Assembly (NCBI RefSeq): GCF_963921235.1
Contig: NC_086108.1
Location: forward strand, 114,640,001-114,704,000
Source of the DNA: Mobula hypostoma
Lineage: Eukaryota
Direction of reading: 5' to 3'
DNA: 64,000 bases
Shown here: positions 24,076-37,859 of the stretch, one piece after another
Layout of the letters: the number at the start of each line of letters is the position of its first letter
How positions within the stretch are numbered: the stretch's first letter is position 1
Made by a program: the position numbers and the translations under genes
Notes under the pieces: generated by a model
The model's database searches: none
Told to the model about the DNA's origin: nothing
Seen by the model: the letters and a program-made list of their open reading frames with translations, nothing else

Positions 24076-24409
24076 CTGTGGGAAACACAAAAGTGTTTAA
24101 GGGAAAGGAAAGGACATCCACCCAGTCAAAGCAATGTAGAATAGTATTCCCCTTTTATAAAGTACAAAATCTAGATCGCAGGACCACTCTGAAGGTATGT
24201 TGCATCGTTGAGTGGTATCATCTTTCAAACCTAGAAGCATTTCCCCCTCACATCAACCTTGAGCGTGACAGTTCTCCCTGGGCTAACGGCTATTCTTAAT
24301 TAATGTTACTAAGATCAGGTTGAAACATTTGCCCACCATGCAACTTTAACTATACTTGGAAAACAATTAATTGGTTGAGAAAGACTATGGAATGATTGAA
24401 TATCTGCGC

Positions 24410-25220
24410 AGTTGGCAGGGTTGTTGAGACGGTGTATGGTGTGTTGGCCTTCATTAGTTAGAGAACTGCATTCAAGAGCTGAGGTTATGTTGCAGCTCTA
24501 CAAAACCCTGGTTAAACCACACTAAGAACATTGTGTCAGCTCTGGTCGCCTCATTATAGGAAGGATACGGAAGCTTTAGAGAGAGTGCAGAGGAGATTTA
24601 CCAGGAAGCTGCCTGGATTAGAGAGCATTGATAATGAGGATGGGTTGAACGAGCTAGGGCTTTTCTCTCTAGAGTGAAGGAGGATGAGGGGTGACGATAG
24701 AGGCATACAAGATAATAATAATAGTAATAGTAATAATAAGAACTTTATTGATCCTGAGTGGGAAATTCTTTTGTTACAACACCAACATTTAAAAACACAC
24801 TTAGCAGTATGCAGACTTAACTAGTAATAAAGTACAGAATGATAATATGTACAATAATAATATAATACATATATTATAAGAAACATAGATTGAGTGACAG
24901 CCAGAGACATTTTCCCAGGGTGGAAATGACTAATATGAGGGGGGGGGGGATAATTTTAAGTTGACTAAAAGAAAGTATAGGAGGGATGTCAGATTTTTTT
25001 TTACACAGAGAGTAGTTGATGCATGGAACACACTGCCTGGGGTGGTGGTAGAAGCAGATATATTACGGACATTTTAAGAGATTCTTAGATAGGCATATGG
25101 ATGATAGAAAAATGAAGGGCTCAGTGGGAGGGAAGGGTTAAATTGACCTTACAGTATGTTAAGGGTCAGCACAACATCTTGGCCAAAGAAGCTATACTGT
25201 GCTGTAACATTCTGTGTTAT
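24410..25220 (+). mobile_element. Decayed CR1 3' fragment
   Basis: Recognisable RPHL/ERVQRRFTR-coding DNA and CR1 3' UTR. Confidence 0.75.
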
Positions 25221-25399
25221 ATGTTCCTTACGAATGTAAGAACAACATTATATGAGGCTTTAATTGCATTATATAGTGTAGTTCTTGTATTTTGTTGTAA
25301 GCTGTGCAAGAGAATATGCACCTTACATCCAAATGTAAGACCAATAGTACATGTGCAGCATTATTCTTATAATGCTAGTTTGAAGGTTCCTAGAGTGTT

Positions 25400-25920
25400 T
25401 ATAGCAGGGGTTGGTAAAGGGGACAAGCTTCCACTACCTATTAAGTGTTCTTGGTGACATGTGTCTCAAGTAGCCTTTGACAACCAAGTCCAGGTCCTGA
25501 CCCAGCAGAACTGTTCCTGTTTAGAAGATAAGGGGCAAAGGCGGGTTACTGGCATCTTTAAACTAGTTGCTTTAGGCAGGTAGGGCCTAATCAATCATGG
25601 TTGGCAGCTCATCTAAAAGAAGGAAAACTCTGACCTCAAGCCTCTGCTGTCTTGTAGGAATGGGAAAGGCTTGGGGAGTAAACCCCAAGGGAAAACTACT
25701 GAGCTTGAGTCCCTAAGCCAGTTCTACATTGAGTTTAATGCTGACTGGGAACCTCTGCAACACTGGGGGTGTTAATCTGTATCAGTCTCTGCCATTCCTT
25801 TGGATTGTCAGCTGTGTGGAGAGGGGGAGCTTGCTCTCTGTATTGTACTGCCTAGACTTGCATATCTAGATAGCTAGGATGCAATAACAATGGTCAACCC
25901 TGACTGAAGGAGGCCTCAGT
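25400..25920 (+). mobile_element. Non-autonomous RTE-related element (partial second copy at about 17140-17366)
   Basis: Shares GGTTGGCAGCTCATCTA.AAGAAGGAAAACT with 17170-17200. The end ATGGTCAACCCTGACTGAAGGAGGCC resembles RTE 3' termini. Confidence 0.55.
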
Positions 25921-26331
25921 CTCATCATTGTTTGAAAGTATCTTAGGAAGGAAAGAAAGCAACAAGGATTGTAGGAAGAATTTACAAATACACATAAAAA
26001 TAAGGAAGAAAACATAATAAATGGAATGTTACATGGGAAAGTCGTTGAAGAGAGAATATTAAGATAATCAAAAGCGTCCACTTGTGGTTTTAGGCACAGC
26101 AGTTGCCATACCAAACTACAATGCATCCATTTAGGAGGTTTTTCAAGTGTGCATCTATAAAAATTGGTGAGGGTCAGCAGGGGCATTCTGGATTTCTTAG
26201 CCTCCTGAGGAAGTTGTGGAGCGGTGAGTTTTCTTGGCCATAGTCTCTACACGGTTCAATTTGGGCAGGCTAGTGATGATATACACAAAAGATTCTGCAG
26301 ATTCTGGAAATCTTGAGTAACACACACAAAA

Positions 26332-26982
26332 GGAGGAGGAGAAGATGGCGGTGCGACGCAGCACGCACGGCCTTTCCGGTGATGAATACCTGTTATCTGT
26401 AAAGTAGGAGGCCGTGCACAATTCTGATTTGATGGAGGCAGACGTGACAGCGCGGAGGAACATCTGGTGAAACTTCTGAAATGCCTGCTTCTCTGCCGCT
26501 GCTACTGTGTGATCCAAAATCTCCTAAGGGGAAGGCCCCGAATCCTTGGCAGCCGGGGCCGGGGTCGAAGCGCTCGGCAGAGATGGTGCTCGGTGCTTGG
26601 TGTCGGAGGCTCGAAGTTTTCGGACGGACTCAGAGTCAGACTGTGGTCGGGTGCTTCCAGGGTGCTGCATCGGCAAGTTTGCGGCGCTGGAAGCTCATGG
26701 CAGGGAGAGTTTCTCCCTTCTACCATCTGCGTGAGATGTTGGAGCTATTGGGACTTTGAGACTTTTTTTTTACCGTGCCTATGGTCTGCTCTTATCAAAT
26801 TACGGTATTGCTTTGCACTGTTGTAACCATATGTTATAATTCAGTAGTTTTTGTCAGTTTTAGTCTTGGTCTGTCTTGTGTTTCTGTGATATCATATTGG
26901 AGGAACATTGTATCATTTTTAATGCATGCATTTCTAAATGACAATAAACGAGGACTGAGTGTCCTCATAATCTAATCAAAAA
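26332..26982 (+). mobile_element. Non-autonomous retroposon of about 650 bp, copy 2 (apparently full length), inserted in a Penelope-derived repeat
   Basis: Starts GGAGGAGGAGAAGATGGCGG and ends AAATGACAATAAA..CATAATCTAATC(A)n. It splits the host sequence CACACACAAAA|TGCTGGAGGAACTC. Confidence 0.8.
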
Positions 26983-28021
26983 AAAATGCTGGAGGAACTC
27001 AGCAGGTCAGACAGCATTCCTGGAGGGGAATAGACAGTCGATATTTTGGGCTGAGACCGTTTATCAGGACTACTGGTGATGTTCTCAACCATATACAACT
27101 CAGCACCATTGATACATACAGGAGCGCATACTCCACCCTGCCTCCTAAAGTCAATGACCAGCTCTTTGATTTTGCTGATATTGAGGGAAACATTGTTGTC
27201 ACAATACCATTTCACTAAACTCTTTCTCTCTTTCCTGTACATCAACTTGTCGTCATTTGAGATATGTCCCATCACGGTGGTGTCATCTGTGAACTTCCAG
27301 TGGGAGAAAGAGCAGAGTGTGGCCACACAGTTATGAGTGTAGGGGGCTGGGGACACAACATTGTGGGCCACCACCATTGAGGATAATTGTTTTGGAGGAG
27401 TTGCTGCCTTTGCTTATTGATTGGTACCTGTTGGTCATGAAGTTGAGAATCCCATTGCAACAGCAGTGGATGTTTCTTTGTGCAAGAGTCCTTCCCCTTT
27501 ACAGTGGGGACATGGGGTGGAGAGAGTTGCTAGTAGTAGTACCAGGTAATATTCTTCAATTGGTTTAGAGACTCCCGCCACCTGTCCTTCCTGTGACTAG
27601 GAGGCAATGATGTATCATGTATATATGGAGTGGGAGAGGTTGCAGCCCCTGCTTGAGTATCTGAAGAATCTGCTCCTCAACTTGTGACTGCACTTCAGCC
27701 CCATGCTTCTGATCTTCGGTGACTCAGTGTGGAGGGGGTGGGAGCTCAAGAATTCTGATGGTTGGTTTGCTCCTGGGCCTGGCCAAAGTGACCAGTTATG
27801 GGTCTAGGCAGCAGGCAGTCAAGGGCTGTGCCTGAACTAATTGTCTGTCCCTCTTCTGTGGTTATGTCCACAACTAAGTGACCCTGGAGAATGAGTATGC
27901 AGCAGTCCTCATGAGTACAGTGGAGGATCTCTGGGTCTAGTGGGTCCCAAAGGGGCTTGAGTGCATTCAAGATAGGTATGACTGTATTATAATTTGCAAC
28001 TGTAAAGAATGTCTATTGTAA

Positions 28022-30830
28022 CATAAGACTATAAGACATAGGAGCAGAATTAGGCCATTTAGCCTATTGAGTCTGCTTTGCCATTCAATCATGGCTGATC
28101 CTTTGTCTCCCTTCTCAGCCCCACTCCCTGGCCTTCTCCCTGTAACCTTTGATGTCACGTCCAATCAAGAATCTACCTAGCACTAACTTAAATACACCCA
28201 ACAATCTGGCCTCCACAGCTGCCTGTGGTAAAGAATTCCACAAAATCACCACCCTCTGGTTAAAGAAATTTCTCCGCATCTCTATTTTAAATGGATACTC
28301 CTCTATCCTGAAGCTGTTCCCTCTTGTCCTAGACTCCCCACCATGAGAAAAATCCTTTCCACATCTACTCAGTCTAGGACTTTCACCAATTCAAAAGGTT
28401 TCAATGAGATCCCCACTCATCCTTCTAAACTCCAGCGAGTCCAGGCCCAGATCCATCAAGCATTCCTCATTTGATAAAATCATCCTTGCGAACCTCTTCT
28501 CAACTCTTTCCAATGCCAGCACATCTCTTCTGAGATGAGGAGCACAAAAATTTTCACAATACTCAATGTGAGGCCTCATGAGTGCCTTATAAAGCCTCAG
28601 GATCACATCCTTGCTTTTGTATTCTAGACCTCTTGAAATGAATGCTAGCTAACATTGTATTTGCCTTCTTCACCATCGACTCTACCTGCAAGTTAACCTT
28701 TAGGGCATTCTGCACAAGGACTTCCAAGTCCCTTTGCATCTCAAGATTTTTGGATTTTTTCCTTGTTTAGAAAATAGTCTGCACATTTATTTCTTCTACC
28801 AAAGTGCATGACCATACATTTTCCAACATTGTATTTCATGTGCCACTCTCTTGTCCATTCTCCTAATCTGTCTAAGTCCTTCTGTAGCCTACCTGTTTCC
28901 TCAACACTACCTGCCCCTCCACCAGTCTTCGTATCACCTGCAAACTTGGCAACAAAGCCATCCATTCCATCAACTAAATCATTGATATACAGCATGAAAA
29001 GAAGTCCCAATACCGAGCCCTGCAGAGCACCATTAGTCAATGGCAGCCAACCAGAAAATGATCCTTTTATTCCCACTCACTGCCTCCTACCAATCAGCCA
29101 ATGCTCTAACCATGCTAGTAACTATCCTGTAATACCATGAGCTCTTAACTTGGTAAGCAGCCTCAGGTGTGACACTTTGTTAAAGGCCTTCTAAAATTCC
29201 AAATATACAACATCCACTGCATCCCCTTTATCTATCCTATATGTAATCTCCTCAAAGAATTCCAACAGGTTCGTCAGGCAGGATTTTCCCTGAAGGAAAC
29301 CATGCTGACTTTGTCCTATCTTGTCCTGTGTCACCAAGTACTCCATAACCTCATCCTTAACAATTGACTCCAACATCTTCCCAACCACTGAAGTCAGGCT
29401 AACTAGTCTATACAGTAATTTCCTTACTGCTGTCTTCCTCCTTTCTTAAAGAGTGGAGTAACATTTGCAATTTTCCAGTCCTCTGGCACCATGCCAGAGT
29501 CACTGATTTTTGAAAGATAATTATTAATGCCCCCACAACCTCTACTGCTCCCTCTTTCAGAACCCTAGGGTGCAATTTATCTGGTCCAAGTGACTTACGT
29601 ACCCTTAGGTCTTTGAGCTTTTTGAGCACCTTCTCCCTTGTAATAGTAACCGCACCCACTTCTCTCCCCTCGTACACTTCCACATCTAGCCAACTGCTAG
29701 TGTCTTCCACAGCAAAGACTGATGCAAGATACTCATTTAGTTCATATGCCATCTCCTTATCCACCGTTATTATTTCTCTGGCCTCATTTTCTAGTGGTCC
29801 TATATCCACTCTCATCTATCTTTTATTTTTTACATACTTGAAAAAGCTTTTACTATCCACTTCAATATTGTTTGCTAACCTGCTTTCATATTTGATCTTC
29901 TCCCTCCTAATGACTCTTTTAGTTGCTCTCTGTAGGGGTTTAAAAGCTTTCCAATCCTCTGTCTTTCCACTAATTTTTGCTTTGTTGTATGCCTTCACTT
30001 CTGCTTTTACATCAGCTTTGGCTTCCCTTGTCAGCCACAGTTGTACAATTTTGCCATTTGAATATTTCTTCATTTTTGGAACACATCTATCCTGCACCTT
30101 CCTCATATGTCCCAGAAACTCAAGCCATTGCAGCATCTCCTTCCAATTTACTTTGGCCAACTTTTTTCTCATACAATGGAGTAATTTCCTTTACTCCACT
30201 GAAATACTGCTATGTCAGACTTTACTTTCTCCCTATCAAATTTCATGTTGAACTCAATTATAAAAGATCTCCTAAGGGTTCTTTTATCTTCAGCTCTCAA
30301 AACATCTCTGGTTCATGACATAACACACAATCCAGTAGAGCTGATCCCCTAGTAGGCTCAATGATGAACTGCTCTAAAAAGCCATCTCATAGGCATTCTG
30401 TCTCTTGAAATCCATTTCCAATCTGATTTTCCCAATTGACCTGCATGTTGAAATCTCCCATGACTATCATAATATTGCTGTTTTGAAACGCTTTTTCTAT
30501 TTCCTGTTGTCACCTATGGTCCACATCCCAGCTAATGTAGGGAGGCCTGCATATAACCGCTATCAGGGTCCATTTACCCTTGCAGTTTCTTAACTCAGCC
30601 CACAAGGGTTCAACTTCTTTCGACCTTATGTCACATCTTTCTACTGATTTGATGCCATTCTGTACCAGCAGAGCCATGCCAGCCCCTCTGCCTACCTTCT
30701 TATCCCTCTGATACAACGTGTAACCTTGGACATTCAGCTCCCAACTACAACCATCCTTCAGTCACGATTCAATGATGGCCACAACATCATACCTGACAAT
30801 CTGAAATAGAGCAACACGATTTCTTATGCT
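28022..30830 (-). mobile_element. Long decayed CR1 LINE (endonuclease through 3' UTR)
   Basis: ORFs 30510..30716 (endonuclease-like), 29816..30172, 29408..29815, 29191..29388, 28741..29076 and 28391..28606. Confidence 0.9.
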
Positions 30831-31379
30831 GTAATCACTGAATAAACCTCCTTTGAAAAAAGGGAAACGATCCAGTTGCCAAGAGATGTACTGAGTTCCT
30901 GGTCCCAGTTTGGAGGAATGTTTGTTTAGAATTATTGTATTGAAGGTGAAATTATTGTCAAGAAATAAATCTGCCTTTACTCTCCATATGCTCCCAAGAT
31001 GAGCATAGGGCCAGGAAGATGTTATCTGGTGAAGGTCTGTTTCGACAGTAGGCAAATTGCAATGGATTGAGATTATCTGGAAGGCTGGAGTTAATGTGTG
31101 CCATAACCAGCCTCTCAAAGCACTTCGTGATGGTGGATGTCACATCTGGGTGGTAGTCACTGAAGCACATTACCTTGTACCAAGATGATAGTGGACTTCC
31201 TAAAATAATCGACATTTTGGGCCAAAACCCTTCATCAGAACACGCTTCATAAGAAGTCCTGGTGAACAGCCTCAGCCTGTGACATTGAGTGTTTACTCTT
31301 TTCCATAGGTGCTACCAGGCCTGCTGATTTCCTCCAGAATTTTGTGTGTGTTGCTTGGATTTCCAGCGCCTACAGATTT

Positions 31380-32240
31380 TGTTAGCTTGGTGACCAAGTT
31401 TGGGGATGATACAAAGATTGGTGAAAGGACAAGTGGTGTTGAGTAAATAGGGAGTCTGCAGAAGGATTTAGGCAGTTTGGGAGAATGGACAAAGAAGTGG
31501 CAGGTAGAATATAGTTTAAGGAACAGCATGGTCATTTAGGCATGGAATATTTTCTAAATGGGGAGAAAATTCAAAAATCAGAGGTGCAAAAGGACTTGGG
31601 AGTGCTTGTGCAGAATTCCTTGAAGGTTAACTTGTAGGTTAGGTAGATGGTAAGGAAGGAAATGCAATTATAGCATTCACTTCAAGAGGAATATAATACA
31701 AAATCAGGGATGCAATGCTGAGGCTTTATAAGGCATTGGTCAGACAGCACTAGGAGTAATTTGAGCAGTTTTGTGCCCTTTGTCTATAAAAAGATGTGCC
31801 GGCTTCAGAGAGGATCCAGAGGAGGTTCACAAGTATGACCCGAGGAATGAAAGGCTTAACATCTGAGGAGTGTTAGATGGCTCTGGGCCCATACCCGCTG
31901 GAGTTTAGAAGAATGGAGAGGGGATCTCATTGAAACCTGTTGAATATTGAAAGGCCTAGATAGAGTGGATGTAAGAAGGATGTTTCCGATAGTGGGGAGC
32001 CTGGGACCAGAGGGCACGGCCTCAGAATAGAAGGACATTCATTAGAACAGAGATGAAGAGGAATTAATTGGCCCAGACAGTTGTGCAGGTTAGTATACTG
32101 GTATATTTAAGGCGGTGGTTAATTGGTTCCAGATTATATTTTTGGGATGAAGGCAGGAGAATGGGATTGAGAGGGATAATAAATCAGCCATGATGGAATG
32201 GTGAAGCAGACCTGATGGGCTGTATGGCCTACTTCTGCTC
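31380..32240 (+). mobile_element. Decayed CR1 3' portion
   Basis: KF.DDTKIG-coding DNA running through to a CR1 3' UTR. Confidence 0.78.
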
Positions 32241-34046
32241 CTATGTCTTAAGGTCTTAATTGGGCACCGTAAGTTGCCCCTGGTGTGTGAGTGATTGGTG
32301 GGAGCTGAGAGGAGTTTATGGGTATTTGGTAAAATTATTGGGAAATGAGATCATTCTGTAAGCAAGCATAGACTGAATGGGCTGCAATGATCTCTTTCTA
32401 GGGAAATACAATAGACTTCATAACCAGGTCAAGATCACAAACTTATTTCACTGCTGGTTAAACATCCACTATTTATCCCCCTCCACAGGTGCTGCCTGAC
32501 CTGCTGAGTTTCTCCAGCATTTTTTATGTTTAAACACTTTTTCTGTTCCATTGTTTAATGAAGGAAAGAGGGATAATCCTGGTAAATACAGAAGTCAGTC
32601 TCACATTACTGAAAAGCTACTGGAAAAAGTCATAGAACACTTCAGCACAGAATCAGGACATTTGGTCCATCTAGACCATGTCATCCTGGTTTGCCTAGTT
32701 TCACCTACCTGCACACCATATCTCTCACCTATGTACCTATCTAATCTTCTCTTAAATGTTACAATTGAACTTGCATCTCCCACTTCTGCTGGGAGCTTAT
32801 TCCACAATTATACAATCCTCTGACAGAAATTCTCGCTCATGCTCCTGTTAAATATTTCAACTTTCACCCTTAACCTATGAACTTTAGGTCTAGTCTCACT
32901 CAATCTGAGGGGAAAAAGCCTGGTTTGCATTTACCCTATTTATACCCCTCATATACCTCCATTAAATCTCCCCTCATTCTCCTGCATCTGGGAATTAAGT
33001 CCTAATGTCCATGCCCGCAAGTCCCAGTAACATCTGTGTAAGTTCTCCCTGCACTCTTTCAAGTTTTTTTTATATCTTTCCTGTCAGTAGGTAACCAGAA
33101 TTGAACACAATACTTAGCTTCAGCAATTTCTAAAACTGTTAATAACTGCATAACATCTCAACTCCTGTACTCAATGACTTGATTTATAAAGGCCAATATG
33201 CAAAGGGATAGGATTTATGAGCATTTGAAAACCATGGCCTAATTAGGGGCAGTCAGCATGATTTTGAATGGGGTAAGTTGTATTTCACTAACTTGATTCT
33301 GTTTTTCAAGATGATGAAGGTAGATGTAGATGTTGTCTTCATGGATCTTCGTAAGGTGTTTGATAAGTTTCCATAAGACCGTAAGACATAGGAGCAGAAT
33401 TAGGCCATTCAATCCATTGAGTCCGCTCCACCATTCACTACGCTCTGACAGAAAAAAATTCCTCCTTACTTCAGTTCTAAAAGGTTGCCCCTCAATTTTG
33501 AGACCATGCCCCCTAGTTCTGGATACCACCCCCCACCATAGGAAACATCCTCCCCACATCCAACTTATCAAGTCCTTTCAACATTCACTAGGTTTCAATG
33601 AGATCCTCACGCATTCTTCTGAATTCCAGTGAGTACAGACCCAAAGTTGCCAAACGTTTCTGATATGTTAACCTCTTCATTTCAGTAATCATCCTCGTGA
33701 ACCTCCTCTGAAATCTCTCCAATGACAACACATCCTTTCTGAGATATGGGGCCCAGAACTGTTGACAATACTCCAAGTGCGGCCTGACTAGTGTCTATTA
33801 AAGGCTCAGCATTATCTTCTTGTTTTTATATTCTATTCCCCTTGAAATAAATGCCAACATTGCATTTGCCTTCTTTACCACAGACTCAACCTGTAAATTA
33901 ACCTTCTGGAAGTCTTACACTAGGAGTCCCAAGACCCTCTGCACCTCTGATGTTTGAACCTTCTCCACATTTAGATAATAGTTCACACCATTGTTTCTTC
34001 TACAAAAATGCATTATCATACATTTTCCAACACTGTATTCCATCTG

Positions 34047-36128
34047 TTCATCCCAGTTTGGCAAAAGAATAAATCAAGGAAGGTAGTGCACCCGTGGCTG
34101 ACAAGAGAAATTAGGGATAGTATCAATTCCAAAGAAGTAGCATACAAATTAGCCAGAGAAAGTGGCTCACCTGAGGACTGGGAGAAATTCAGAGTTCAGC
34201 AGAGGAGGACAAAGGGCTTAATTAGGAAGGGGAAAAAAGATTATGAGAGAAAACTGGCAGAGAACATAAAAACGGACTGTAAAAGCTTTTATAGATATGT
34301 AAAAAGGAAAAGACTGATAAAGACAAATGTAGGTCCCCTGCAAACAGAAACAGGTGAATTGATTATGGGGAGCAAGGACATGGCAGACCAATTGAATAAT
34401 TACTTTGGTTCTGTCTTCACTAAGGAGGACATAAATAATCTTCCAGAAATAGTAAGGGACAGAGGGTCCAGTGAGATGGAGGAACTGAGCGAAATACATG
34501 TTAGTAGGGAAGTGGTGTTAGGTAAATTGAAGGGATTGAAGGCAGATAAATCCCCAGGGCCAGATGGTCTGCATCCCAGAGTGCTTAAGGAAGTGGCCCA
34601 AGAAATAGTGGATGCATTAGTGATAATTTTTCAAAACTCGTTAGATTCTGGACTAGTTCCTGAGGATTGGAGGGTGGCTAATGTAACCCCACTTTTTAAA
34701 AAAGGAGGGAGAGAGAAACCGGGGAATTATAGGCCGGTTAGCCTAACGTCGGTGGTGGGGAAACTGCTGGAGTCAGTTATCAAGGATGTGATAACAGCAC
34801 ATTTGGAAAGCGGTGAAATGATCGGACAAAGTCAGCATGGATTTGTGAAAGGAAAATCATGTCTGACGAATCTCATAGAATTTTTTGAGGATGTAACTAG
34901 TAGAGTGGATAGGGGAGAACCAGTGGATGTGGTATATTTGGATTTTCAAAAGGCTTTTGACAAGGTCCCACACAGGAGATTAGTGTGCAAACTTAAAGCA
35001 CATGGTATTGGGGGTAAGGTATTGGTGTGGGTGGAGAATTGGTTAGCAGACAGGAAGCAAAGAGTGGGAATAAACGGGACCTTTTCAGAATGGCAGGCGG
35101 TGACTAGTGGGGTACCGCAAGGCTCAGTGCTGGGACCCCAGTTGTTTACAATATATATTAATGACTTGGATGAGGGAATTAAATGCAGCATCTCCAAGTT
35201 TGCGGATGACACGAAGCTGGGTGGCAGTGTTAGCAGTGAGGAGGATGCTAAGAGGATGCAGGGTGACTTGGATAGGTTGGGTGAGTGGGCAAACTCATGG
35301 CAGATGCAATTTAATGTGGATAAATGTGAAGTTATCCACTTTGGTGGCAAAAATAGGAAAACAGATTATTATCTGAATGGTGGCCGATTAGGAAAAGGGG
35401 AGGTGCAACGAGACCTGGGTGTCATTATACACCAGTCATTGAAAGTGGGCATGCAGGTACAGCAGGCGGTGAAAAAGGCGAACGGTATGCTGGCATTTAT
35501 AGCGAGAGGATTCGAGTACAGGAGCAGGGAGGTACTACTGCAGTTGTACAAGGCCTTGGTGAGACCACACCTGGAGTATTGTGTGCAGTTTTGGTCCCCT
35601 AATCTGAGGAAAGACATCCTTGCCATAGAGGGAGTACAAAGAAGGTTCACCAGATTGATTCCTGGGATGGCAGGTCTTTCATATGAAGAAAGACTGGATG
35701 AACTGGGCTTGTACTCGTTGGAATTTAGAAGATTGAGGGGGGATCTGATTGAAACGTATAAGATCCTAAAGGGATTGGACAGGCTAGATGCGGGAAGATT
35801 GTTCCCGATGTTGGGGAGGTCTAGAACGAGGGGTCACAGTTTGAGGATAGAGGGGAAGCCTTTTAGGACCGAGGTTAGGAAAAACTTCTTCACACAGAGA
35901 GTGGTGAATCTGTGGAATTCTCTGCCACAGCAAACTGTTGAGGCCAGTTCATTAGCTATGTTTAAAAGGAAGTTAGATATGGCCCTTGTGGCTACAGGGG
36001 TCACGGGGTATGGAGGGAAGGCTGGGTTCTGAGTTGGATGATCAGCCATGATCATAATAAATGGCGGTGCAGGCTCGAAGGGCCGAATGGCCTACTCCTG
36101 CACCTATTTTCTATGTTTCTATGTTTCT
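34047..36128 (+). mobile_element. Young 5'-truncated CR1 family A LINE with uninterrupted RT frame (ORF 34008..36032), nested in an older antisense CR1 (about 33372-34046 and 36129-37075)
   Basis: 674-codon open frame with GVPQGSVLGP and KFADDTKL, and a (TATGTTTC)n tail. ATCTG is duplicated at 34042-34046 and 36129-36133. The host endonuclease ORF is 36564..37085 on the - strand. Confidence 0.95.
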
Positions 36129-37859
36129 ATCTGCTGCATTTTTGCCCATTCTTTCAATTTGTCTAAGTCTTGCTGCAAACGCATTGCTTCCCCAGCCATT
36201 TGAGAACTGCTTCTTCTTCTGTGGGACATTATCTATGCTGCGCCTTCTGAACTATTCCCAGAAACTTCAGCCTTCTCTGCTCTGCCATCATCCTCCTCCA
36301 ATCCACCCTTGGCAAGCTCCTCTCACATGCCTCTTAATTCCCTTTATTCCATTGTGATACTGATACATGTCTCTTATGCTTCTCCCTCTCAAATTGCAGT
36401 ATGAGCGCAATCATATTATGATCACTGCCTCCTAAGAGTTCCTTTGCATTAAGCTCCCTAATAATTATTACACAACAACCAATCTAAGATAGCCTTTCCG
36501 AGTCAGCTCAAGCACAAGCTGCTCTAAAAAGCAATCTCGTAGGCATTCAGCAAATTCTCTCTCTTACAATCCAGCACCAACCTGATCTTCCCAATCCCCT
36601 TGCATATTGAAGTCCCCCATTAGAGTTGTGTCATTACCCTTATTACATGCCTTTTCTAGCTCCCTTTGCAATCTCACACCCACATTTTGGCTATGATTTG
36701 GAGGCCTATATATGATCCTCATAATGTTTTTTTTACCCTTGCAGTTTCTTAGCTCCACCCACAAAAATTCAACATTCTCTGACCCTATGTCACCTCTTTC
36801 TACAGATGTAATTCCATCTCTCACCAACAGAGCCACATCACCGCCTGTACCTTCCTGCCTGTCCTTCCGATACAAAGTATATCCTTTGATGTTAAGCTCC
36901 CAACTATGGCCTTCTTTCAGCCAAGACTCAGTGATGCCCACAACATTATACTGGCCAATTTGTATTTGCTCTATGAGTTTGTCCACCTTATTCCGAATGC
37001 TACACACATTTAAATACAGCATCTTCAGTCCTGCATTCTTCGCCCTTTTGAATTTTGCCTCTGTGGTTCCTTGAGGTAGGCTCATCCAGAAGATTGAAAT
37101 GCATGGGATCCACAGTCAATTAGCCATTTTGTTTCGAAATTGGCTTGCCAATAGAAAATAGAAGGTAGCGGCTGATGGACTTATTCTGGTTGGAGGTCTG
37201 TGACTAGTGATGTTCCGTGAGGATCCATACTGGGACCTCTGCTGTTTGTGAAATCTATCAATGACTTTGGTGAAAATGTAGATGGTTGGGTTAGCAAGTT
37301 CAAAATTCAAATATCAAAATAAATGTATTATCAAAGTACATATATGTTACCATATACTACCCTGAGATTTGTTTTCTTTTGGGCAAACTCGGTAAATTCA
37401 AAAAATATAATAGAATCAATGAAAGGCTACACCCAACAGGATGGACAACAAACTGCAAATACAAAAGGGAAAAAAGAAATAATGATAAGTAAGCAAAAAA
37501 TATTGAGAACATGAAATGAAGAGTCCTTGAAAGTGAGTCCATAGGTTTTGGGAACAGTTCAGTGATGGGGCCAGTGAAGTGATTCGCAGCGGTTCAAAAG
37601 TCTGATGGTTGAGAGGTAATAAATATACCTGAACCTGGGGGTGTGGGACCTGAGGATCCTGTACCTGCTTCCTGATGGCAGCAGTGAGAAGAGAGCACAG
37701 TCTGGGTGGTGGGGGGTCCTTAATGATGGATGCTGATTTCCTGTAACAGCACTCATGTAGATGTGCTCAATGGTGAGGAGGGCTTTACCTGTGATGGACT
37801 GGGCCATATCCACTACTGTTTTTACGGACAGATCACAACTCTTTCTCCACCATAGCACT

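Noticed and set aside
25400..25560. Possible HDV-like ribozyme in the leader of the RTE-related element
   Set aside because: I could not build the nested double pseudoknot from this copy. It would need a family consensus.
34008..36032. 674-aa ORF as a domesticated host gene
   Set aside because: It is near-identical to other CR1-A copies, has a LINE tail and TSD, and takes its start codon from flanking repeat. A recent insertion explains it best.
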